Below, one piece after another: positions 35,819-47,363 of a DNA stretch of 64,000 nt. Position numbers and translations under genes: made by a program. The DNA is from Zygnema circumcarinatum SAG 698-1b (Eukaryota > Plantae > Zygnematophyceae), in NCBI GenBank assembly GCA_037447605.1, contig CM074823.1, forward strand, positions 868,001 to 932,000, given 5' to 3'. The notes below the pieces were generated by a model. That model was not told the origin of the DNA. It ran no database searches and saw only the letters and a list, made by a program, of their open reading frames with translations. Within the stretch, counting starts at the first letter, position 1. Every line of letters starts with the position of its first letter.

Positions 35819-37545
35819 GTGGCCGCTTCTGATAGCACGCCCCGAACTCTCAACTCTGTGAACGGTTCGAAAAACTGCGAGCAGGGATTGACCGCAACTG
35901 TCCTAGGGAGCGATTGCGACAATGGCGAGTCTGAACCGTGCACTCCACGCAGTGCAGCCAGCGACCATGGGCCAGCCCACAAAGACGACGGGAGCGGCCA
36001 TTTTCGACGAGCGAGGGAAGTTCCGACGGGAACTTGCGAAATCGAAACCACGAGCGTCACCGACAAAGTGAGTGACGAGAACACCCGCGCTAACTGTACG
36101 GACAGTATACGCGCGAAGACGGCTAAGTCCGGGGGCCCCAATTTTGGTCGGCGCCCCGCACCTTTACGCCGTGACGTGACAAATCGACGAATGTTCGCGG
36201 CCCCGGGCGGCGCGCGAAATTCTACTCAGGCGAGTAAGGAGTCAGCATTCAATGGGGGACTCGAGTCCGTACACGCGGCCTCCGATTCAGCCCGACTGTG
36301 GCACCGTCGACTTGGGCACCTGTCGTACAGCGGTCTGGAGACCCTTGCGACTCAGAGCCTCGTCCGAGGTTTTCCCCTCACGACGCTCTCGAAAACGGGA
36401 GAAGTCTGCCCCGACTGCGCGGTAGGCAAGACCCATCGTCACCCCTTCACGACCCACGGCGCGGAGACGTTCCGCGCAACACGGAGGTTGGAGCTCGTTC
36501 ACAGCGACATCTGTGGACCGATCACTCCAGAGACGAAGGGAGGATCGAGGTACTTCATCACATTCCTTGATGACTACTCAAGGAAGATCTGGGTTGCGCT
36601 ATTGAAGCACAAGAGCGAGGCATTCAACACCTTTCGTACTTGGCAGATCGAGGTAGAAAGGCAGTCCGGCGAGAGGATTCAGAGATTCCGGACGGATAAT
36701 GGGGGAGAATATAAATCCCTCCAATTCTCTGAATATCTCAAGTCCCTTGGGATCCGACACGAGTTCACGGCCCCGTACAGCCCACAGAGCAACGGAGCAG
36801 CGGAGAGAGTGAACCGTACCCTCGGCGACATGACACGGTCGATGTTAAGTGAGTCACCCTTCTCTTTAAATTTTTGGGGAGAAGCCATCCTCACGGCGGC
36901 CTATATCCGGAACAGATGTCCCTCCAGCGCCCTGAAGGATCACAGGAAAGTACCGGAGGAGATGTGGAGTGGGAGGAAGCCCACGATTCAGCACTTACGA
37001 GTATTCGGCTCGCCATGCTGGATAGCGATTCCAAAGAGCAAGCAGACGACGAAGTTCAGCCCGAGAGGAGAATTCGGCTACTTCCTTGGCTACAACGCCG
37101 ACAGTTTGACTTATCGCCTCTGGAATCCGTCCACAGAGAAGGTCCTGACAAGTCGCGACCTTACCGTTGAGGAAACCCGCAAGGAGACGCAGCACGCGCG
37201 GACTCGAGTGGAGCCGCTCCCGACCATAGAATTTCTCCCAGTGAGGGATATTCTGGGAGGTGAGGATCTGCCCCCACCAGCGTCCTTCCCCTTCGACCCA
37301 ACGGACCAAAACCCACTTCGGCGCTCGGTGTCGCCGCCACGTGGAGGAGAGGCCTTTCAGGAGGAAGCGCCCGAATCGGCATTCCCGGAGGAACAGCCCG
37401 AAGACAACCTGTCCGATCTTGACAACGATCAGGACATCACTGAAGATGAAGCGGAGGAGCCTCCTACTGCGCAGGTACAACCCAAATGGGTACCGCGGCA
37501 TGGGATGGACCCACCCCTGTATGCCAACGCGAAGGGGTTTACACC
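35819..37545 (+). mobile_element. Ty1/Copia integrase ORF E (GAG-pre-integrase, rve core, SH3-like tail)
   Basis: WHRRLGH..CPDC (HHCC); HSDICGP / RTDNGGEY / GAAERVNRT (D-D-E); YRLWNPSTEKVLTSRD. No protease upstream and no RT downstream. Confidence 0.9.
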
Positions 37546-37602
37546 NNNNNNNNNNCCCCCTTGGGGTGACTGTAGCGTTTCGCTACACTTTGGGTCTTTG
37601 CG

Positions 37603-40600
37603 CAGTCGTTCCATCCTGAACCCCAGACTGAACCCTTGAGGAACGGTGGTTTTGGCGTTACTATGTTGCAGGGTTGGCCAGAGCAAGTCTGAACAGCTGT
37701 CAGCTCCGTGGTATGCAACTTTCCCATACGGTATAAATTTTGACGATCTCAATAGTTACTATTAGCAGAACTGCAATGCCTCTGCATTTTATAACCCTTA
37801 TGAGTATTCCGACTCTTCTAAAACTTCATCAGAAAGAATGAGTACACATTCGAAGATTCCTCTGCAAAACCAGAAGCAGATTTAACGACAGGTCTCCGGC
37901 AGTCGGTCGGGACGACCATCAGCAAAGAATTATATGGAGCTGAGCTGCTTGTAAATGGAAGCTTTTCAGTAAGTAGTTTCAGTGCCTTTATTCCATTTTC
38001 CCTGTTTGAACGTTCCATTGTTTCACAATCCCATCTTGCTTCTACTGAGCCTAGGTTTCTTTCCTCATTCTTGTGCCTTCCGCATCTTTTCCCCTCCCTT
38101 ACCTCTCCCCTCTTCTATCTCCTCGATCTCCTCTGACATTCTCCCCTCGCTCCCCCTCGTCCCCTCGCTCTCGCTCTCGCCCTCCCGCCCCCCTCTCCCC
38201 TGCCCCTCCCTCTCTCGCTCTCGCTCTCTCTTCCCCTCTCCCCCTCCCTCTCCCACTCCGCTGCAATCTTTCCAATCTTTCCGGCGAATTACCGTTTTGA
38301 ACACACTGCGGAGACTGTGATGGATCGGACTGCCATGTGGGGCAAGGCGGCGGAGTACTTCGTTTGAGCAACATTGTTGTTGAACAACAACTTGCTTTTG
38401 TACTACCAAGATGACTAGTGGTGGGTTATGGTTCCTAGAAGCCAGAAAAGTGTGATGTGGGTGTGAATTTTGGTGCTCTGTTAGAGCTATTTTGGGGTTG
38501 TAGTTGTGCTATGTGGTATGGGATGGGAATGTTATGAGTGAAGGAAGGTTACAACTAATCTTTGGTGGTTGAAACTATTCCTATTTTTTTGTCAGCGCCA
38601 ACAACAAAGGCATGGTTTGCTTTCAATGTTTTGGGACAATGCGATTGGACTCGATGTGAACGGAAGTTATAAGATTTTGAATATCGAATTCGAAGGTTCC
38701 ATGTTGGGGCAAACACGGTTGAACATGAAAGCAAGTACACGCGGGCGAGTTGTTGAACACGAATATTGAGTGGTTGGAATCATGAATGACGGCAGTTATG
38801 TGACGGAGTTTATGGTACAGAGTTATTATTACTCCGTCGTAAGACAGTATACACTCACAGAACTAAAGAAACCAACCGTTGAGCGCCCCAATTGTCCTCA
38901 GGGAGAGCAAGAGAGGGAGGGAGGGCGGGAGGGGGGAGGTGAGTGGGGGGAGGGAGGAAGGGGGAGGGAGGGGGAAGGAGGGNNNNNNNNNNCTCCGTCG
39001 TCCTATAGGGTATCCGATGCTCTAACCGTTAGGTACTGCATTGGATGGAAACATAAAGCCACGCCGGGCTCTAAGTAACCCTTCCCCCTTGGGGTGACTG
39101 TAGCGTTTCGCTACACTTTGGGTCTTTGCGCAGTCGTTCCATCCTGAACCCCAGACTGAACCCTTGAGGAACGGTGGTTTTGGCGTTACTATGTTGCAGG
39201 GTTGGCCAGAGCAAGTCTGAACAGCTGTCAGCTCCGTGGTATGCAACTTTCCCATACGGTATAAATTTTGACGATCTCAATAGTTACTATTAGCAGAACT
39301 GCAATGCCTCTGCATTTTATAACCCTTATGAGTATTCCGACTCTTCTAAAACTTCATCAGAAAGAATGAGTACATTCGAAGATTCCTCTGCAAAACCAGA
39401 AGCAGATTTAACGACAGGTCTCCGGCAGTCGGTCGGGACGACCATCAGCAAAGAATTATATGGAGCTGAGCTGCTTGTAAATGGAAGCTTTTCAGTAAGT
39501 AGTTTCAGTGCCTTTATTCCATTTTCCCTGTTTGAACGTTCCATTGTTTCACAATCCCATCTTGCTTCTACTGAGCCTAGGTTTCTTTCCTCATTCTTGT
39601 GCCTTCCGCATCTTTTCCCCTCCCTTACCTCTCCCCTCTTCTATCTCCTCGATCTCCTCTGACATTCTCCCCTCGCTCCCCCTCGTCCCCTCGCTCTCGC
39701 TCTCGCCCTCCCGCCCCCCTCTCCCCTGCCCCTCCCTCTCTCGCTCTCGCTCTCTCTTCCCCTCTCCCCCTCCCTCTCCCACTCCGCTGCAATCTTTCCA
39801 ATCTTTCCGGCGAATTACCGTTTTGAACACACTGCGGAGACTGTGATGGATCGGACTGCCATGTGGGGCAAGGCGGCGGAGTACTTCGTTTGAGCAACAT
39901 TGTTGTTGAACAACAACTTGCTTTTGTACTACCAAGATGACTAGTGGTGGGTTATGGTTCCTAGAAGCCAGAAAAGTGTGATGTGGGTGTGAATTTTGGT
40001 GCTCTGTTAGAGCTATTTTGGGGTTGTAGTTGTGCTATGTGGTATGGGATGGGAATGTTATGAGTGAAGGAAGGTTACAACTAATCTTTGGTGGTTGAAA
40101 CTATTCCTATTTTTTTGTCAGCGCCAACAACAAAGGCATGGTTTGCTTTCAATGTTTTGGGACAATGCGATTGGACTCGATGTGAACGGAAGTTATAAGA
40201 TTTTGAATATCGAATTCGAAGGTTCCATGTTGGGGCAAACACGGTTGAACATGAAAGCAAGTACACGCGGGCGAGTTGTTGAACACGAATATTGAGTGGT
40301 TGGAATCATGAATGACGGCAGTTATGTGACGGAGTTTATGGTACAGAGTTATTATTACTCCGTCGTAAGACAGTATACACTCACAGAACTAAAGAAACCA
40401 ACCGTTGAGCGCCCCAATTGTCCTCAGGGAGAGCAAGAGAGGGAGGGAGGGCGGGAGGGGGGAGGTGAGTGGGGGGAGGGAGGAAGGGGGAGGGAGGGGG
40501 AAGGAGGGNNNNNNNNNNGGGAGGAAGTGGGGAGGTGGGAGGGAGGAGGGAGAGAGGAGGGGGGAGGGAGGTGGGAGGAGGGGGGAGGGAAGAGGGGGGA

Positions 40601-40841
40601 GGGGCGGGAGGGAGGGGGGAGGGGGGAGGGAAGGAGGGAGGGAGTGGGGGGAGGGAACGAGGGAGGGAGAGGGGGGAGGGAAGGAGGGGTGGAGAGGGGG
40701 AGGGGGGAAGAGGGAGAAAGAGGGGAGAGACTTCTTAACTGTAAATAACTAAGGATAAAAGGGGCCAGACATTGTACAGAAGGGCGGCCTCACACCTGTG
40801 ATCGCAGCCAAAGCTATGCAAAGCAGGGCGAAACCCTGCAG
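37603..40841 (+). pseudogene. Truncated duplicate of the 3' parts of the S41-like and GT2 genes (source ~47378-51520)
   Basis: Contains S41-like exon 3 with a premature TAG at 37763-37765, lacks source ~48116-50316, and keeps the tail of the last exon, the intergenic region and the last ~93 nt of the GT2 CDS (40749-40841, minus). The block 39081-40508 repeats 37555-38982. Confidence 0.85.
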
Positions 40842-40859
40842 AGATTGAACAAGATTACA

Positions 40860-41377
40860 AGATTGAACGAGCATTCGCCAACACTTGCTTTTTGTCCCAT
40901 CTGAGCCATCGAACCCTTAAGCCTTCATATGTCAAAATTCGTATTACGAGTCGATCCTACAAACCATACTTCGAGAAACAAAAACAAAAAAAAAATTGAA
41001 AAAAAATATATTGAATTAACAATACCAAACCAAACTGTTCCCCTCCCCCCTTTTCCAATATTTGTTGTTTGTTTCTTTTTCTTTTTGTCTTGCCCTTTTT
41101 ATTCGAAGCAGGTACTTTGGGGCCCGCTCTCACCTGGTTGTGCTTCCAAAAGCTTGCCACATGGCGAATTCGCAGCGAATAAAACAATTCAATGCCGCTC
41201 TGATCCGCTTCTTGGATGGCTCACCCTCGATTTGAGTCAATCTGGGTCAATGTGGGTCATTATTGTTTAAGCTTTGGTTTTTGATTGGACGAATTGGAGC
41301 CCCTTTAGTGATGAAATTTGGGCACATCCAAATGGATGCATTGTTTATATGTGCCTATGGGCGGGCCTACCTAAACA

Positions 41378-41414
<37 letters not shown>

Positions 41415-44400
41415 NNNNNNNNNNCCCCCCCCCCCCCCCCCCCACTTCCCACCCAGATGTTGAAATTTCAACATTTTTTTTTTTTTTTTTTTCCTTTTTG
41501 ATTGTGTCCACACCAATGGCTTCGTTGGCAGTTTGGAAGTGGACAACCATGTCCAAAATAATGTTAAACATTATGTGGTTGGCTGATTCTAATTTTTAAT
41601 TCCCCCTACCATGGCTTGGACTCAATAGGAGAATTTCTCTCGACGACCAGATTTCTGACCATACAGTTCAACATTCTATAAGGAAAAAACAGGTGATGGT
41701 CCAAAATAATTACCAATCAGTGCTTGCCACGTGGCCGACAAGTGGCCTGCGGCCAATTAGGTGCGAACAACCGGATGCCACGTGACAGCAGTACGCCCCG
41801 CGGAATCTAGTTGGATTCTCAGCCTCCACGTGGCCGCACGCGATTGGTGAATGGCAAAACGCGTAATCCGCATGGAACCCCGTAAACGAAGCGCACGCGA
41901 TGACGCTTAACTGCTCCATGGAACCGCCCGTGCCCTGCCTTACAGCGAGCGAGCGACCGAGGTGGCTCCATGGAGCAGGCCGAGGGAGGGGTTAGAAGGA
42001 AGGAAGGAAGGGTGATGGGGAAACAAACAGCGCCGCCTGCCTGCCTGCTCGGGCCACTGTTGCTCGGATCATGGATCCTACTGTCGGAGTGTTCTTTCGA
42101 CGTTCTTACGAAAGCAACTTCTCAATCTTCAGGGAAAGGGGAGAGGGAGAGGGAGAGGGAGAGGGAGAGGGAGAGGGGAGGGGAGGGGAAGGGGAAAGGG
42201 GATGGTGAGGGGGAGGGGGATGGGAATGGTTCAAGCCCTGTTTTTTCAAAAAGCGCAAGCCACGTGAACGCCACGTGGACGCCACGTGGACCTCGACAAT
42301 TTGCTGCGAGCTCTACGCCCTCGAGCCGCGGTCACGGCGGTTGGTTACACGGCGACGTGGCACCGGCAACGCCAGCGTGGCATCAAGACGGATCTTCAGT
42401 AATCACGTGGTGACCAAAATTGCCAACGTGGCAGCCACGTAGGAAAACTCGCCCTCATGAAACCCGAAAGCGCGTCGCAACGACGCTTAACTGTCCTTGG
42501 AACTCCGTCAGCGCCACTCGCGGAAAGCCCTTCAAAAAAAAATTCTGCCCCACGTTTCTATTGGCGTGAAATTCAGACATTGCGTTCTTTTTAACGAAAC
42601 GCGTTGCTGTTCTTGATCCAGTTCTCAGTTGAAGGTTCATCGACATGGAACGGACGGTTCAACAGCGATAAAAAGCGTAGCTTCCTTGCAACTTCGCGGG
42701 ATCAATTCCTGGACGGCATTTTCAGCATCAAGTCAACAAATTAGTTCCTGCCCAAATGAAAGAATATTCCAAAATTTGTAATGTCAATTTTTCCTTGAAG
42801 AAAAAAATGGAATACTTTGCGCGTTAGCAGACAGCCATTGGTGGAAATTTAAGATACTGATTTAATTATAGAAATTTTACCTGCCCTCCAGCAAATCACG
42901 TTCATGAGAAATTACCAAACTTGGCCCCGATAAAAACGGCTATAGTACTTTCCGTACGACCTCTGACCGGACNNNNNNNNNNCCCCCCCCCCCCCCCCCC
43001 CACTTCCCACCCAGATGTTGAAATTTCAACATTTTTTTTTTTTTTTTTTTCCTTTTTGATTGTGTCCACACCAATGGCTTCGTTGGCAGTTTGGAAGTGG
43101 ACAACCATGTCCAAAATAATGTTAAACATTATGTGGTTGGCTGATTCTAATTTTTAATTCCCCCTACCATGGCTTGGACTCAATAGGAGAATTTCTCTCG
43201 ACGACCAGATTTCTGACCATACAGTTCAACATTCTATAAGGAAAAAACAGGTGATGGTCCAAAATAATTACCAATCAGTGCTTGCCACGTGGCCGACAAG
43301 TGGCCTGCGGCCAATTAGGTGCGAACAACCGGATGCCACGTGACAGCAGTACGCCCCGCGGAATCTAGTTGGATTCTCAGCCTCCACGTGGCCGCACGCG
43401 ATTGGTGAATGGCAAAACGCGTAATCCGCATGGAACCCCGTAAACGAAGCGCACGCGATGACGCTTAACTGCTCCATGGAACCGCCCGTGCCCTGCCTTA
43501 CAGCGAGCGAGCGACCGAGGTGGCTCCATGGAGCAGGCCGAGGGAGGGGTTAGAAGGAAGGAAGGAAGGGTGATGGGGAAACAAACAGCGCCGCCTGCCT
43601 GCCTGCTCGGGCCACTGTTGCTCGGATCATGGATCCTACTGTCGGAGTGTTCTTTCGACGTTCTTACGAAAGCAACTTCTCAATCTTCAGGGAAAGGGGA
43701 GAGGGAGAGGGAGAGGGAGAGGGAGAGGGAGAGGGGAGGGGAGGGGAAGGGGAAGGGGATGGTGAGGGGGAGGGGGATGGGAATGGTTCAAGCCCTGTTT
43801 TTTCAAAAAGCGCAAGCCACGTGAACGCCACGTGGACGCCACGTGGACCTCGACAATTTGCTGCGAGCTCTACGCCCTCGAGCCGCGGTCACGGCGGTTG
43901 GTTACACGGCGACGTGGCACCGGCAACGCCAGCGTGGCATCAAGACGGATCTTCAGTAATCACGTGGTGACCAAAATTGCCAACGTGGCAGCCACGTAGG
44001 AAAACTCGCCCTCATGAAACCCGAAAGCGCGTCGCAACGACGCTTAACTGTCCTTGGAACTCCGTCAGCGCCACTCGCGGAAAGCCCTTCAAAAAAAAAT
44101 TCTGCCCCACGTTTCTATTGGCGTGAAATTCAGACATTGCGTTCTTTTTAACGAAACGCGTTGCTGTTCTTGATCCAGTTCTCAGTTGAAGGTTCATCGA
44201 CATGGAACGGACGGTTCAACAGCGATAAAAAGCGTAGCTTCCTTGCAACTTCGCGGGATCAATTCCTGGACGGCATTTTCAGCATCAAGTCAACAAATTA
44301 GTTCCTGCCCAAATGAAAGAATATTCCAAAATTTGTAATGTCAATTTTTCCTTGAAGAAAAAAATGGAATACTTTGCGCGTTAGCAGACAGCCATTGGTG

Positions 44401-44560
44401 GAAATTTAAGATACTGATTTAATTATAGAAATTTTACCTGCCCTCCAGCAAATCACGTTCATGAGAAATTACCAAACTTGGCCCCGATAAAAACGGCTAT
44501 AGTACTTTCCGTACGACCTCTGACCGGACAACAAAAGTCACCGACACATGCATCCAAATA
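40860..44560. mobile_element. G-box/CCAAT-rich dispersed repeat, copy 2 (42983-44530 repeats 41425-42970)
   Basis: Homologous to 23600-24929; many CCACGTGG motifs; no coding capacity; termini unresolved. Confidence 0.6.
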
Positions 44561-45810
44561 TTTTTTGGCATACATGCCGGCCGGTCAAGATCGCTGATTG
44601 GCTGAAAAACAGTCGAACGTGCGAACATATCAAACTGGGCATCTTTTTGGTCGTGTTGACTGGCATTGCAGGACTTTTCGGTCAGGAAAACAAATACGGC
44701 ACTGTCGGCAAACCAAAAAACAAAAAAAAATGAAAATTAAATAAAAATGAAATTGTCCATTGGTACTGTATTTTTGATTTACGAAATGTTTGGGTCAAAA
44801 ACGATGGCAATTAAACAACGACCAATCAGAAGGGCTGCTGAGATACTTGAAAGATCTTCATTAGATCCTTCCAATCCAAATATCGATTCTATAGAATCCA
44901 AGGATTCTCAAACCTGAACTTTAATGTCGATCGAGAAACATGGAAGATTCGACCTAATCTCGGCCCATTCAAAAATTGTCAAATCTCAACAGAAACAGTT
45001 CCAACGTCGATCCCACAATAAGATTCAATCTCCACCGTCCAATCTCGGATCTCGCCAAACTCACTTTCTATCCCTCTCATATTTTCACGCAATCAAAATC
45101 CCAAAACTCCAAATGTGTCCCAACAAGGTTCTCACCACGAGCCCAAAAAAAATTCAAAACTTGCTGACGTCATAACCTTTTCAAACGGATAACAGACACA
45201 CCTGTCAGGACCCGACCACCCAATCAGCGCCGTTCAATGATGACGTCACGTTGCCCACCTCCGTACAGAAGTGCAAGTCAATGTCGGTGCCTTTCTGGCG
45301 TGTCGACGACGGCCGGCTACGCGCCCTCGAATCACTCCTTAAAGATACGAGCGCGGCGCTCTCCCTCTCGTCACTATCGCCCGCTCCCTCCCCTCTCGCT
45401 CTCGCTCGCCAGCCCCCTCTCTCCCCGCCCCTCCCCCTCCCCCTCCCTCTCTCGCTCTCGATCTCTCTCCCCCTCCCTCCCTCCTCCCATTCCGCTACCT
45501 CTCCCTCTCTCACTCACTCCCCCCCTCCCTCTTCCTCTCCCTCTCCCCCTCCCTCTGACCCTCCCCTACTCCACCTCCCCCTCCCCCTTCCCCTCCCCCT
45601 TCCCCTCCCCCTCCCCTCCCCCTCCCCCTTCCCCTCCCCTTCCCCTTCCCTCCTCTCCCTCCCCCTCCCCCCTCCCCTTCCCCTCCCCTCCGCTCCCCCC
45701 TCTCCCTCCCCTCCCCTCCCCTCCCCTCCCCTCCCCTCCCCTCCCCCTCCCCTCCCCTCCCCTCCCCCTCACCCTCCCCCTCCCCCTCCCTCCTCCCTCC
45801 CATCTCAACG

Positions 45811-47329
45811 ATGTCCCGCCTTACCCTATTCCCCCTCCTCTCCTCCCTCCCCCTCCTCCTCCTCCTTCTGGCCCTCCCTCTCCCCTCTGCTCGTGCTTCC
45901 CCCTCCGGTCCCTGCGCTAAGTTCGTGAACACGACCGAGAAAACGTTCCCGGCCGCGGCTGTGTGGAGTTGCTTCGGTCAGATTCCGTACAATGCTGACG
46001 TGGCGGCGGCGACCGTGGGCGCCCTGAAGAAGATGTTCGCCTTCATGCCGAGCGTCGACGTGGCGCTGAACTCCCCCACGAAGGAGCTCCCCCTCAAGGT
46101 CGACATTCGGAAGACCCTCACCGACATCGGCAAGAACAAGTACAAGAGCGACCTCGCGTTCACCAACGCGCTGCGTACTGCTTTCGATTCCCTGCGCGAC
46201 CAGAACGTGCAGTTCCTTCCCTACTGTTACCTCATCTCGTCGGAAATCGCATTTCCGCTCGTCCTCTTCTGGGAGGGCGGCAAGCCCGTCGTGCAGATTC
46301 GCACATCTTTCAGTGAGTCCCCCCCCCCGCCCCTTCAACTCTTCCGTTCTTGTTTTTTTGCCTTTTGAAATGCTCTTGCTTCGACTTATTGGGTGCTTTT
46401 ATTAGGCCCTACGAGGTTTTCGGGTTTGGGTTTATCAGTTTTTTCTTGATTAGTCTTTTTTTGGGGAGTCGTCCTGTATGATTGGCATCGGTATCTCGAA
46501 GGGATCCCCAAATCGAGTCTCTCCCCTTGTCTCATTTTCTCCCTCGCTCTCCGATTCTTCTTCCTTTCTCTCACCCTCTTCTTCTCTGCTCTCTGCTCTC
46601 TGCTCTCTGCTCTCTGCTCACTGCTCTCTCTCTCTCTCTGCTCTCTCTCTCTCCATCTCTCTCTCTCTCCCCCCCTCTCAAATACGTCGAATCCACATGT
46701 GTGTGTAGACAACTCCAACCCTTTAACAATGTTGCCCATGGATCCCATCTCTCAACTCCCATACTTGCGCTTTGTGCAGGTGACCCATCAACGTACAACA
46801 AAACATCGCTGAAGCTGAAGAAGGATCTGAGCACGTACGAGTTCGCGACAGTGGAGACCATTGAAGGCGTGCCCGCGTACGACTACCTTTTGGCCTTTGC
46901 GAAGACGACGGCGGGAGGCTACAAGGACGTCAATGCGCGCCTAAACTCTCTCTTTGTGCGCCCAACCAATCTGTTCACAGGGTACTACGATATCCCATAC
47001 TTCAGTGGAGCCTTCTCCAGTCGACCTTATCTCGTGGACGACAATGCAGTATCTATGAAAGTGAAAAGGTGAGTCCAATTCGTGAAAGATTCTGCTGTCT
47101 TGCTTCAGAATGGGAGTGAAAAGACGAACTAGGTGTGGTTTTCTGAATGTTTGCGTAGAATTTTTTATCATGGTCGACTTCGAGTTGTACGTGTTGCTAG
47201 TTGGCGAAGAAATGAAAACAGTTGAACCACTCAGACACAGAATTTTCACAAGGGCAGTGAGTCTTGCATGAGTCCTAGCTACCGTAAATCAAATCCCTTA
47301 TGTAAGTTTTCTTTTCATTTCAGCACTTT

Positions 47330-47363
<34 letters not shown>

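Noticed and set aside
37571-37587. Perfect hairpin TGTAGCG-TTT-CGCTACA beside the duplicated gene fragment (Helitron 3' end?)
   Set aside because: No CTRR at the expected distance on either strand, and no A/T insertion site.
37555-40508. Tandem ~1527-bp duplication
   Set aside because: Both copies are bounded by 10-N gaps and differ only by a 2-nt indel that I could see. Likely an artefact or allelic contigs.
41425-44530. Tandem 1558-bp duplication of the G-box repeat
   Set aside because: Apparently identical and flanked by 10-N gaps; treated as an artefact.
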